Positions 28,686 to 37,809 of a stretch of DNA of 64,000 bases are shown piece after piece (positions within the stretch are counted from its first letter, which is position 1; every line of letters starts with the position of its first letter). The stretch lies in assembly GCA_965198235.1 (NCBI GenBank), contig OZ240248.1, positions 4,864,001-4,928,000 of the forward strand, given 5' to 3'. Both the position numbers and the translations under genes were made by a program. Below the pieces are notes generated by a model, which worked only from the letters and a program-made list of their open reading frames with translations, made no database searches and was not told where the DNA came from. This DNA comes from Candidatus Poribacteria bacterium (GTDB lineage Bacteria > Poribacteria > WGA-4E > WGA-3G).

Positions 28686-30458
28686 ATGAAATCTGTAACT
28701 CGTAGAGCGTTGCTCATCTCGCTGATATTCCACCTCTTTTTTTTCATCACAGCGTTTTATGTCGTGGTGCGGAATCAGCCAATAGCGTCAGAGAAAACGG
28801 GCTTGGATGCGGAGCTCATTTCCGTCGAAAACACCTCTCGACCGAGATCTCCACTGAAAAAAGTTTCGCCGCGTTTTCTCGCTTCTGAGCGTGATTTCAT
28901 AAATCCGCATGTCAGTACTGGGGAATCGCCGCCATCTCTCACATCCCCCGTTGCAGTGAACACTGAAACGCCACGTTCTGCCTTAGGTCGCAGTTTGCAA
29001 GATAAAGTTAAAGCAGAAAATCCATCAACATCTTTAGATCTGTCGAGAAAAAACTGGGGTGAAGTCAGTACGGCTACCCGGACGCTTCAGGATGTTGAGG
29101 GAAATTTGTCGAAAACGGAAGCCGCAAGTCCAGCAGGAGATGCTACCTTCGGCGCGAAACGTCCTGGTCCACCAAGGATTCAACGCTCTCCAGAGATTTC
29201 GACACTTAAAATAGTGGAAGAGGAGGAGGGGTTGTCCCCGGCGCAGTTGGCAGAAATTAGTGAGAAGCGGAAGGCATTGCCACATGTTCCGTTTTCGACG
29301 CTTATGAAGACGCTTGCACAGGAGATTGTCGAAACCAGTGACGGGGGCCCAATTGACGTGGTTTTCGTCATTGATGCCAGTGGGAGCATGCGCGATAATA
29401 TCAAATCTGTCGTGGAACATCTCAAGGAGATGGTGAATGTATATAAAGCCTCCAAAATAAATTATGCGCTCGGTGTGACGGAATTTTGGGCGAATAAGAA
29501 CCGGAACAGAATCAGAGTTGTTCAGTTAACAAAAAGTTTCACTGACTACAAACGTACCCTCCAAGCGATTGAGGTACATCAGGACGAACACGCTTTAGAT
29601 GCTGTCGTTCAGACTGTCAAAGAACTCCGATTTCGCCCTACATCCAAGAGACATTTTGTCCTTGTTACCGATGAACCTTTCACAAGTCGAGAGGGATTGG
29701 AGGTGGCAGATGCCATCGTATACTGCCGAGAATTCGGCATCTATGTGAATGTTCTCGGTCTTCCTCTAAATGAACACCAGAGACTTGCTTCTGAAACCGG
29801 TGGCAAATGGCATCTCATTCCTGAAGAACCACGACCACAAACGGCACAACGATCTAAAGTGCCAACACACCCGCGAAACAAAGCAGTGTTGCTACGCCAA
29901 GCACAATGGACAGATGTTACAAAAGTCGGGGATGCCGCGCTGCAACTGAGTGGCACCACCCCCACCGATATTGTTCTGTTCGTTGACAGTAGCAAAAGTA
30001 TGGACGATAAACTTCCCCATTTTTTGAAGCAACTTGACATCCTCGTTCGCGATTTGGATAACGCACTTATAGATTATCAGATGGGGGTGGTGCGTTTTCG
30101 ATCGCGTGCCTCCGTGAACATTGTCAACGTTTTCAACCCGCCACAAACGCTTAAACAGGTTCGGAAAATCGTTGAACTGCCGTGCCAAGACAATGAAATG
30201 TTATTGGACGCTGTAGTGGAGGGACTCCGACGGCTAAAACTCCGTCCGAATGCACAACCCTATTTCATTCTGATTACAGATGAACCCGCAGAGGGTGAAT
30301 ACTCGGCACTCGCGATTATCCAAATGTTACAACAAAAACATGTCCTTGTCAGTGTTGTTGGCACTTACGACGATTTCCAACAACAGGTAGCAACCAAAAC
30401 CGGTGGGGTCTGGGTACCTATTCCAGAGGGACATACAACAAACAATTCGTACTGGTAA
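28686..30458 (+). CDS. Membrane-anchored tandem VWA-domain protein
   Basis: N-terminal SLIFH TM; two MIDAS motifs DASGSM and DSSKSM, each with L.TDEP. Confidence 0.85.
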   Translation: MKSVTRRALLISLIFHLFFFITAFYVVVRNQPIASEKTGLDAELISVENTSRPRSPLKKVSPRFLASERDFINPHVSTGESPPSLTSPVAVNTETPRSALGRSLQDKVKAENPSTSLDLSRKNWGEVSTATRTLQDVEGNLSKTEAASPAGDATFGAKRPGPPRIQRSPEISTLKIVEEEEGLSPAQLAEISEKRKALPHVPFSTLMKTLAQEIVETSDGGPIDVVFVIDASGSMRDNIKSVVEHLKEMVNVYKASKINYALGVTEFWANKNRNRIRVVQLTKSFTDYKRTLQAIEVHQDEHALDAVVQTVKELRFRPTSKRHFVLVTDEPFTSREGLEVADAIVYCREFGIYVNVLGLPLNEHQRLASETGGKWHLIPEEPRPQTAQRSKVPTHPRNKAVLLRQAQWTDVTKVGDAALQLSGTTPTDIVLFVDSSKSMDDKLPHFLKQLDILVRDLDNALIDYQMGVVRFRSRASVNIVNVFNPPQTLKQVRKIVELPCQDNEMLLDAVVEGLRRLKLRPNAQPYFILITDEPAEGEYSALAIIQMLQQKHVLVSVVGTYDDFQQQVATKTGGVWVPIPEGHTTNNSYW

Positions 30459-30468
30459 AGGATCAAGA

Positions 30469-31071
30469 TTGAAGATTGCAGTCCTCGTTTCAGGGAGTGG
30501 GACCAATCTGCAAACCCTGATTGAACAGTTACATCAAGATAAAACAAGCGGTATTAACATTGCGGTTGTCCTCAGCGATCGGTGCAAGGCTTACGCGCTC
30601 ACACGAGCGAAGCGTGCTGGTATACCGACACACGTTGTTAGAGCTCAGGATTTTGACAGCCGTCAGGATTTTGACGCAGAAATTTCGAGGATCATCGAAC
30701 ACTATGCTGTTGAATTGATAGTACTTGCGGGCTTTATGAAGTTGTTTCAATCCCCCTTCGTGCGGAAGTACCGGAACCGGATTATCAACGTCCATCCAAC
30801 GCTTTTACCGGCATTTCCGGGCGCACATCCTGTCGCTGATACATTGGCATACGGTGTGAAGATCGCGGGCATCACCGTTCATTTTGTCGATGAGGGTATA
30901 GATTCGGGTCCCATTATTGCACAGTCGGCTGTCCCTGTTTTGGATACGGACGACGAGGAGAGTTTACACAACCGGATTCAGGTTGAGGAGCATAAACTCT
31001 ACCCTGAAGTTATTAAATGGTACGCGCAGGGTAGACTGAAGATTCAGGGACGAAAAGTTATTGTACAGTAG
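30469..31071 (+). CDS. purN: Phosphoribosylglycinamide formyltransferase
   Basis: IAVLVSGSGTNLQ, LAGFM, INVHP.LLP.FPG, VHFVDEG.DSGPII.Q, EH.LYP. Confidence 0.97.
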   Translation: MKIAVLVSGSGTNLQTLIEQLHQDKTSGINIAVVLSDRCKAYALTRAKRAGIPTHVVRAQDFDSRQDFDAEISRIIEHYAVELIVLAGFMKLFQSPFVRKYRNRIINVHPTLLPAFPGAHPVADTLAYGVKIAGITVHFVDEGIDSGPIIAQSAVPVLDTDDEESLHNRIQVEEHKLYPEVIKWYAQGRLKIQGRKVIVQ

Positions 31072-31084
31072 TTAAAAACATCTA

Positions 31085-31250
31085 TCGATGGCGGAGCGTT
31101 CCCGCCACGACTCCCTCAACGAACCGCAAGGAATATGAATCAGATTTTGATCAGAGCGCGTAAGCCCAACCAACGGGCCGGGCTGGATATACGGAGTAGA
31201 ACGTTCCTACTACGACTTCCGTCAACGAATCGCAAGGAACATTAAAAAAG
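31085..31250 (+). repeat. Partial plus full copy of the GAACCGCAAGG element
   Basis: Two CAACGAAYCGCAAGGAAYA ends; the second abuts the ATG at 31252. Confidence 0.8.
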
Positions 31251-31251
31251 A

Positions 31252-32175
31252 ATGTTAGCAATTTCAACAATGTGGAACGCTTTGAAACAACAGGACGGTG
31301 CTGCCCTGTTCGATGAACTCAAAAACCTTGGCTTTGAAACGCTCGAACTCAGCAGGCATCTCACACCGGATCAGGTAGAGCAACTCAAGCCATATCTCGG
31401 CGAAAACCCACCCTGTTCGATCCACAACTTCTGTCCTATCCTTCCCGGAACATCGCAAGTAGAAGCGGAGCAGGACAAGATTTTACTTTCGAGTCTCAAT
31501 ACAGACGAACGGACGGAGGCTGTCCGCCGCACTGTCCAAACAATGGAACTCGCTGTTGAATTGGAGGTACCAATTGTAGTCCTTCACCTCGGCGAAGTTG
31601 ACACCTACGACAGGTCCTATTTGATGAGAGACCTGTACAATTATGGCGAGCGCGAGTTTGAAGCCTTCGATCAAAAAGTGACCGAAGCCACAGAGTGGCG
31701 AAAGCGTAAGGAAACGAAACACCGAGACGCGGTGTTACGGAGCCTTGATGAACTCAATGAGTGTGCCTTGAAAATGGAGCTTTGTATTGCCATTGAGAAT
31801 CGTCCACACTACTACCAAATTCCGAATTTCGATGAGATTGGGCTGTTCTTTGAGGAGTTTTACGGCAGTCCGATGCGTTATTGGCACGACATAGGACATG
31901 CCGCGCTACAGGAAAAACTTGGTGTGTGCTGGGCAGATAGATGGGTTGAGCATTATGCAGAACACCTCGTCGGCGTGAATCTGCACGATCTGCAAGGGCT
32001 TGAGGCGTATCATCCACCCGGAACCGGGGACCTGGAGTGGGACGACCTCTTTGAGCATCTCCCGTCGGATGTTTTGAAGGTGTTGGAAATTCGTCCATGC
32101 GAAGCGGAACCGGTGGTAGAGGCACGAGAACTATGCGAATCCTTATCACAATTGAGTAAGCAACCCGATGTTTAG
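31252..32175 (+). CDS. Sugar phosphate isomerase/epimerase (TIM barrel)
   Basis: SIHN, VVLHLG, IENR, WHDIGH, LHD...H.PPG.G, VLE. Confidence 0.8.
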   Translation: MLAISTMWNALKQQDGAALFDELKNLGFETLELSRHLTPDQVEQLKPYLGENPPCSIHNFCPILPGTSQVEAEQDKILLSSLNTDERTEAVRRTVQTMELAVELEVPIVVLHLGEVDTYDRSYLMRDLYNYGEREFEAFDQKVTEATEWRKRKETKHRDAVLRSLDELNECALKMELCIAIENRPHYYQIPNFDEIGLFFEEFYGSPMRYWHDIGHAALQEKLGVCWADRWVEHYAEHLVGVNLHDLQGLEAYHPPGTGDLEWDDLFEHLPSDVLKVLEIRPCEAEPVVEARELCESLSQLSKQPDV

Positions 32176-32533
32176 AAGGACCCCAAAAGCTACCTATTTT
32201 TTCACCGAGGTTGAGCACGATATTCTGAAATCCGTATGCGCGTATATGGTGGGAGTTTCAGGCAATACCGCATTGGATACACCAGTTATTGTGATTGATA
32301 CCTTTGCTCGACAACTGCCCAAAACTTTGCGAAGGCAACTCCGTTTTGGACTTTATTTATTCCAATGGGGTCCACCTCTTTTCATCGGGAAGCCGTGCCG
32401 TTTTACACAACTCGTCCCGCGTGATGCAGTGAGATATATAGAAGGTTGGGCAAAGAGCCGTTTCAAAGTTCGGCGACGGCTTTTCCGGGGCTTACGAGAC
32501 ATCGCTTTTCTCGGTTACTATAGTTCCAATTAG
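32168..32533 (+). CDS. Hypothetical protein, gluconate-2-dehydrogenase subunit 3-like
   Basis: RFTQL.......GWA.S....R..FRGLR....GYY pattern; overlaps the upstream stop. Confidence 0.55.
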   Translation: MFRRTPKATYFFTEVEHDILKSVCAYMVGVSGNTALDTPVIVIDTFARQLPKTLRRQLRFGLYLFQWGPPLFIGKPCRFTQLVPRDAVRYIEGWAKSRFKVRRRLFRGLRDIAFLGYYSSN

Positions 32534-32544
32534 AAAAAGGTGTA

Positions 32545-35500
32545 CTATTTCCGTATCAACATCTTTCTCGTAGCCGTGAAATCGCCTGCGGTGAGTGTGT
32601 AAAAATAGATACCGCTTGCGACTGACTCACCCACTTCATTTCTTCCATCCCAATACGCCGCACGGCTCCGGTACTGATAGATGCCCGCAGCCTGATGTCC
32701 GAGTGCTAACGTCCGAACCAGTACGCCACTCGCAGCATAGATACGTATCGTGACATCCGCGGGTTTAGCGAGTTGATACGGTATCCATGTCTCGGGGTTG
32801 AACGGATTCGGATAGTTGTGAAGTAAAGCCGTTTCCTCTGGAACGAACAAAGCTAAAAGCTGCTCAAGGTTTGCGATCCCTTGTCGGAAGGCGATGGAGC
32901 CGTCATTTTCAATCTGCGCCTGTGCTATCCACGTCTGAATCGTCGCTGGATCTAATTCTAGGCTGTCTATAGCAGCACTGGAAGGTGCAGCCCTCTCGGT
33001 TGACTCACCCAAATGTTGCGCCACAGCGATCAGGTCTAAAATGTTAATAGTTCCATCGCCGTTTACGTCAGCTCTTTGGTTGGCAGACACAGCGGCACCC
33101 AAGTGTTGTGCCACCACAATTAAATCCAGAACGTTCACTTGACCGTCTCGATTTGCATCCCAAGCGGGGAACGCACGGTCTTCGACAGCGATGACAATTT
33201 CGGGAATGTCTAAAGGGATTGCCTCGGTGCTGCTGTCCCCAGCATAGAGGTTACTAAGTGTTACCCGTGTTTCTCCGACAGCCTTTGCCGTAAATGTGAC
33301 CGATAGCAGTGTGCCTGTGCCATTGACACCACCGCTGAGCCGCGCGGAACTTAGTTTGGTGATTTTACCCGCTGTGTTATCAATTGTGCCTCTCAAAAAG
33401 AAGGTGCCTACACCCTCCGCCTTCAGAAAATTGCCCTCGCTCACCTCAACCGCTTCAAGTGCATTCGGGTCAAAGGTAATATCAGTTTGCCATCCTGCTA
33501 AATCGGTAACCTTTTCTGCACTGAGGCGAAGGGTAAAGGAGTCGCCAGAACGGACAGGCGTTGCATCCGTGGAAAAGGAAAACCCGACATCACTCACATC
33601 CGAGGCGGACGGAGTTCCCACAGTGATGGTTATATCAGGAGAAGGAGACGGAATTACCTCGCCAGCACTGGAACCCGCATGAAACCTACGCAGTGCTACT
33701 CGGCTTTCTCCGACAGCCTTCGTCGTGAATGTGACCGACAACAACGTTCCTTCACCGTCTGCCCCACCTTCAGAGATCCGCGTTGAACTTAGACTGTTGA
33801 TTCTACCTTTTTGATTATTAATCGTGCCTTTCCGAAAGTGGGTACGCCCACCTTTTTGCTTCAAAAAGTTACCTTCGTTGACTCTGTCTGCTTTTAGCAC
33901 ATTCGGATCAAACGTAATATCCGCTTGCCATCCTGCTAAGTCGGTCATATTGTCTGTGCTGAGATGGAGGGTGAACGTATCGCCAACCCCGACTTGTGCT
34001 GCTTGCGTGAATAAGGAGAATCTCTCATCAGGGGACAACACCGTATATTCGGCATCAGGTGCGAACCCGAAATGGCCGGCCCATCCGCCGCCCCAACAAT
34101 GAATAGCAACTAACAACACATTCTTTCCCTGTTTAAGCGTAACTGGGAAGAACTGTTCATAATCATGTGCCCACCCTTCACCGAGTTTCTCCTTAACTAA
34201 TGCTCCATTGAGCCAAATTTTGTGATTATTATCACTTCCAGCAAACATGTTTGTGTTTTGCTCACGCGGTGAATACAAGGTAAGTGAACCGTATATCACA
34301 TCCTCACCATTGCCCCTTGGTATGCCAAGATCAGTTAGCAGTTTGATCATGTTATTCTCATCTGGGGAGATTTTGTGGGATATCCAGACCCTGTCACCAA
34401 GAGATTTCCCTTCCCTAGTACCATTGGTAGCAATTTCGCGTTCCGTTACATCACCACCACTTGCCCGTGCAAGCAAATCTGTGTTACGGAAAGTGTCAAA
34501 CTGTGCTCCCGGTATCAGGACCCATAACCACGGGCCTGTTATTTTCGGACCGCCGCGTGGAAATCCCGGATTGTTAGACAAGGAGATAGATATTTTATCG
34601 GGCAACTTTTCTAAGGGCGAGATATCGGCTATTACATTATTCTGAAGGATTAACGTTCCCAATTTACTGAGTCCTGAAAGGGGTGATACATCCGAGATGA
34701 CATTGTCACTCAGATTTAGATGGGTCAACCCTTTTAAATTCTTCAACGGTGACACATCGGCTATCAAATTATCGTGTAGTGTCAGTGATTGGAGTTGCGT
34801 CAATTGCGCCAACCCTGATATATCCGAGATACCGCAATGGTTGATTTCCAATCGTCTCAGTGTTTTCAAACCCCTCAGAGACGTGAGTTTTGACATTGAC
34901 CTATTGCCACTAAATTCTAACCATCGAAGTCCTTGTGACTCTGCCAAAGGAGAGAAATCTGAGATGGACGTGTTCCAAGCCCTTATACCTTCCAAACTGG
35001 TCAGACTCGCAAGTGGCGACACATCGGACACCGGGTTTCCCTCAATTCCTATTCCATTCAATTTTCTTAAGCCTTTCAGTGGCGATAAATTGGTTATCTC
35101 GTTCTCCTCAAGCCCCAACCAGCCCACGTTGATTAAACCCGCAAGTGGAGACACGTCAGTGATTCTGTTTCCTCGCAGTTTGATGTTATTCAGTCGGGTT
35201 AAGTTCGCCAGTGGAGATAAATCGGATATTGCATTATGGCGAAGTTCTACCTGCTCCAGCCTCGTTGCTGCCTCAAGTCCTGTCAAATTACGAATGCCAG
35301 CCTCATCTGCAACAAGGTGCTTCAGCTCCGCCATATCCGCTACCGTAATCAAATCACCCGGAGATTTGCCAAGTGCCGCTTCAACCGCAGCGCGGAGGTT
35401 TACGTCGGGAATGGAAACCAAATCACTCAGACTCGGGTCAGGCACGACTCGTTGCTGTCTGAGGTCGTCCGGAGAGTTCAGCGCAGAAACCACATCAGCA

Positions 35501-37110
35501 AAGTTAGATGTCCACGCATCTCGTTTCACGTTACCGTTCTCACTTTCGAGTGTCCGCAAGCCCAGATGTTGCAAACTCGGCTTTTCACGAATCTTTTTGA
35601 GCAGTGCCTCCGTTTCTAAACCAACGGCGGCGGCAGCATGTGCTGCATCCACGGGACCTTCAAACGCCTTATAGAAGCGATACACCGGTTCAATCCCACC
35701 AAACACACCCCCTGTGGCTTCAAGGGCTCGTCTGTAACGCTCTATATCCTCACGCACATAACCTTCCATCTCTGATTGTTTTACATACAGGCGCAATGCT
35801 TGCACTTTGGCAGCTCCGTCTGGTGCCTTCGTGATAACCTCACGTACCCCATCTTCAAATTTCTTCATCCCTTCTGTGTGACAACCGATACAAGAGATGC
35901 CGTTCCGCACGATGCCGTCTCTCTCTTCAGGATTAGAAACGATCCTTGTCGGTGCCTCATTAATGCGGCTACCTGAGGCATCGGAGATGTAGTATGCCTG
36001 CAACCCGTTGGGGAGATTGAACACGATCTCACCCCCGTCGTGCCTAAATGTGAGTGGATAGGTGAAGATATTCCGCACACCCCCACTTCCCGCAAAATCG
36101 TAGCTTTTCCAATACGCACCGTATTGAGATTTGTGGCGTTCGACAACTCGATTGTTTTTTGAGACACCCGAATCGTTGAGACCCGCACGCCAGACACGCA
36201 CTCCCGCATCCCTTTGGAGATTTCTTGCGACATCTATACCCAGTTTTCTCTCCAGTTCACGATCGGTTTCTGGGAGAGCCAGAATGTCATGGTAGAGCGG
36301 CGGTAGTGAGGCAGTTGCGAGGAACCAGTCAACATGCACGAACGGCACCTCACAATCCATCTCTTGACGTAGAGAGGTCAGTTTCGCACGTAGACCTGCC
36401 TGTGTCTCCGAATCAAACTCAATGCTATAGGGATATTCCTGTTCAATCTGGGTCCACGCATCATTTCCGACATCCCAATCGTAGCGCCTCAGGTCGATAT
36501 AAAAAATAGTTTTTCTCGGGTCAATGGGTTCTGGTTTGACGATTTGCGATCCCCAAGATAGACTGTTTACCAGCTTTGAAAGCGCCAGCTGATAGGCGCG
36601 AAGCGTTTCTTGACTTTCACCAGCGTTATAGAGATGGGTCGTCGTAAAATAGCGTGCGAAGGGACGATGAAACTTCGGTAGTGATTGGACATGCTTCTTG
36701 ATAGTGTCGAGCATTGCACCCATGGTAATGAAGTTAACATCACGCTGGACTTCCCAACTTGGCGCGCCTGCTTGAATCCAATTACCGATGGTCACAATTG
36801 CTGCGGCTGAAAGTCGCGGTTGACCCTGTGGCATCCGTTTTGCCGGATCGTTTTCACGCAGCCGCCTATAGAGTTCGGATTCAATAGGTAGTTTTCCCGG
36901 AACAACTGCCCCGGTAGCAACCAACTGTGATGCCGATTCAATGACGAGTTGTTCGGTAAAGGATCCGTGCGGTCCGTGGCAATCAAAGCAACTTTGTTCA
37001 AAGATAAGGTACGCCTCTTGTGCGAGATTCTGCTGTGCCTCAGCGGTTTGATATCCCAGGATAAACGTTAATAGAAAACTGATTGTGATAAAATTATTCC
37101 ATACTTTCAT
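32545..37110 (-). CDS. Secreted diheme cytochrome c - internalin-like LRR - beta-sandwich - 2x cohesin - dockerin - FlgD-Ig/T9SS-like CTD protein
   Basis: Signal AEA|Q; CFDCH and CIGCH; IPD.NLR cap with 22-aa LRRs; two DLAGWQ.DITFDP..GTLLSVTF cohesins; D.N.DG.VN.LDL x2; NYPNPFNP...RKMLIRK. Confidence 0.88.
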   Translation of the reverse strand: MKVWNNFITISFLLTFILGYQTAEAQQNLAQEAYLIFEQSCFDCHGPHGSFTEQLVIESASQLVATGAVVPGKLPIESELYRRLRENDPAKRMPQGQPRLSAAAIVTIGNWIQAGAPSWEVQRDVNFITMGAMLDTIKKHVQSLPKFHRPFARYFTTTHLYNAGESQETLRAYQLALSKLVNSLSWGSQIVKPEPIDPRKTIFYIDLRRYDWDVGNDAWTQIEQEYPYSIEFDSETQAGLRAKLTSLRQEMDCEVPFVHVDWFLATASLPPLYHDILALPETDRELERKLGIDVARNLQRDAGVRVWRAGLNDSGVSKNNRVVERHKSQYGAYWKSYDFAGSGGVRNIFTYPLTFRHDGGEIVFNLPNGLQAYYISDASGSRINEAPTRIVSNPEERDGIVRNGISCIGCHTEGMKKFEDGVREVITKAPDGAAKVQALRLYVKQSEMEGYVREDIERYRRALEATGGVFGGIEPVYRFYKAFEGPVDAAHAAAAVGLETEALLKKIREKPSLQHLGLRTLESENGNVKRDAWTSNFADVVSALNSPDDLRQQRVVPDPSLSDLVSIPDVNLRAAVEAALGKSPGDLITVADMAELKHLVADEAGIRNLTGLEAATRLEQVELRHNAISDLSPLANLTRLNNIKLRGNRITDVSPLAGLINVGWLGLEENEITNLSPLKGLRKLNGIGIEGNPVSDVSPLASLTSLEGIRAWNTSISDFSPLAESQGLRWLEFSGNRSMSKLTSLRGLKTLRRLEINHCGISDISGLAQLTQLQSLTLHDNLIADVSPLKNLKGLTHLNLSDNVISDVSPLSGLSKLGTLILQNNVIADISPLEKLPDKISISLSNNPGFPRGGPKITGPWLWVLIPGAQFDTFRNTDLLARASGGDVTEREIATNGTREGKSLGDRVWISHKISPDENNMIKLLTDLGIPRGNGEDVIYGSLTLYSPREQNTNMFAGSDNNHKIWLNGALVKEKLGEGWAHDYEQFFPVTLKQGKNVLLVAIHCWGGGWAGHFGFAPDAEYTVLSPDERFSLFTQAAQVGVGDTFTLHLSTDNMTDLAGWQADITFDPNVLKADRVNEGNFLKQKGGRTHFRKGTINNQKGRINSLSSTRISEGGADGEGTLLSVTFTTKAVGESRVALRRFHAGSSAGEVIPSPSPDITITVGTPSASDVSDVGFSFSTDATPVRSGDSFTLRLSAEKVTDLAGWQTDITFDPNALEAVEVSEGNFLKAEGVGTFFLRGTIDNTAGKITKLSSARLSGGVNGTGTLLSVTFTAKAVGETRVTLSNLYAGDSSTEAIPLDIPEIVIAVEDRAFPAWDANRDGQVNVLDLIVVAQHLGAAVSANQRADVNGDGTINILDLIAVAQHLGESTERAAPSSAAIDSLELDPATIQTWIAQAQIENDGSIAFRQGIANLEQLLALFVPEETALLHNYPNPFNPETWIPYQLAKPADVTIRIYAASGVLVRTLALGHQAAGIYQYRSRAAYWDGRNEVGESVASGIYFYTLTAGDFTATRKMLIRK

Positions 37111-37164
37111 ATATCCATCTCCAGTTAGCAGATGTTTGCTGAAAACTGCTGGTGGTCTCCGGAT

Positions 37165-37794
37165 CTATTGTGTGCTCGGTAAACTTGCACGCATCAGATA
37201 CCCGATCGCGCCGAACACCTTTTTTAAGTCGCTTATTGCGAGGACAGTCGTGTTTCGCGTGAAGAGATTTTCAACTAATTTGCCGAATTGCCAGAGTTCT
37301 CCGTCTGTTACAATCCCATAGATCGGGCTTTGGGTGTCATCATTTATTTTTTGCGCAGCAACCAACTCAGCCAGACACTGCCCCCATCCCTTGACAAAAT
37401 CGTTCCGTTTCGCTTCTACAACGATGATGATTGGAATCCCTGGCACCGTTTTCCCCAACGCCGATTTTGTTGAGATCAGGTAGTCAGGTGTCCCACTGAG
37501 CTCTGCACCGTAAGAAATTGATTGATGACTCCACAGTGCGAACCATTCCACATAGTTTTTGTACACGTCTCTGAGAATCGGATAGATTACATTTTCACAG
37601 CGTGCCGCTTCTGACGAGAACATGTCAATATGACGCTGACTGAATTCAAACTCCTCCAAGAATGCCACGGAAGGTTCAACATTCTCGTAGTCAATATAAT
37701 CCGCTTCGGTGTATTTAATGTTGAAGACTTCCTGAACTTGGGCAATTGAATTAAAATCGGTGAATGCCATCTGGTTATCCCTCGAGAAGGTCAT
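37165..37794 (-). CDS. Hypothetical PD-(D/E)XK-fold-like protein (HsdR N-terminal-like)
   Basis: SEAARCE, LSGTPDY, VEAK....GWGQC.AEL.AAQ, YGIVTDG..W.F; paralog of 55278-55883. Confidence 0.65.
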   Translation of the reverse strand: MTFSRDNQMAFTDFNSIAQVQEVFNIKYTEADYIDYENVEPSVAFLEEFEFSQRHIDMFSSEAARCENVIYPILRDVYKNYVEWFALWSHQSISYGAELSGTPDYLISTKSALGKTVPGIPIIIVVEAKRNDFVKGWGQCLAELVAAQKINDDTQSPIYGIVTDGELWQFGKLVENLFTRNTTVLAISDLKKVFGAIGYLMRASLPSTQ

Positions 37795-37809
37795 TTGACT
37801 TTCGTGCCT

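Noticed and set aside
34697-35674. Long + strand ORF (also 42815-43495 and 46484-47101)
   Set aside because: Antisense shadows of periodic LRR coding sequence.
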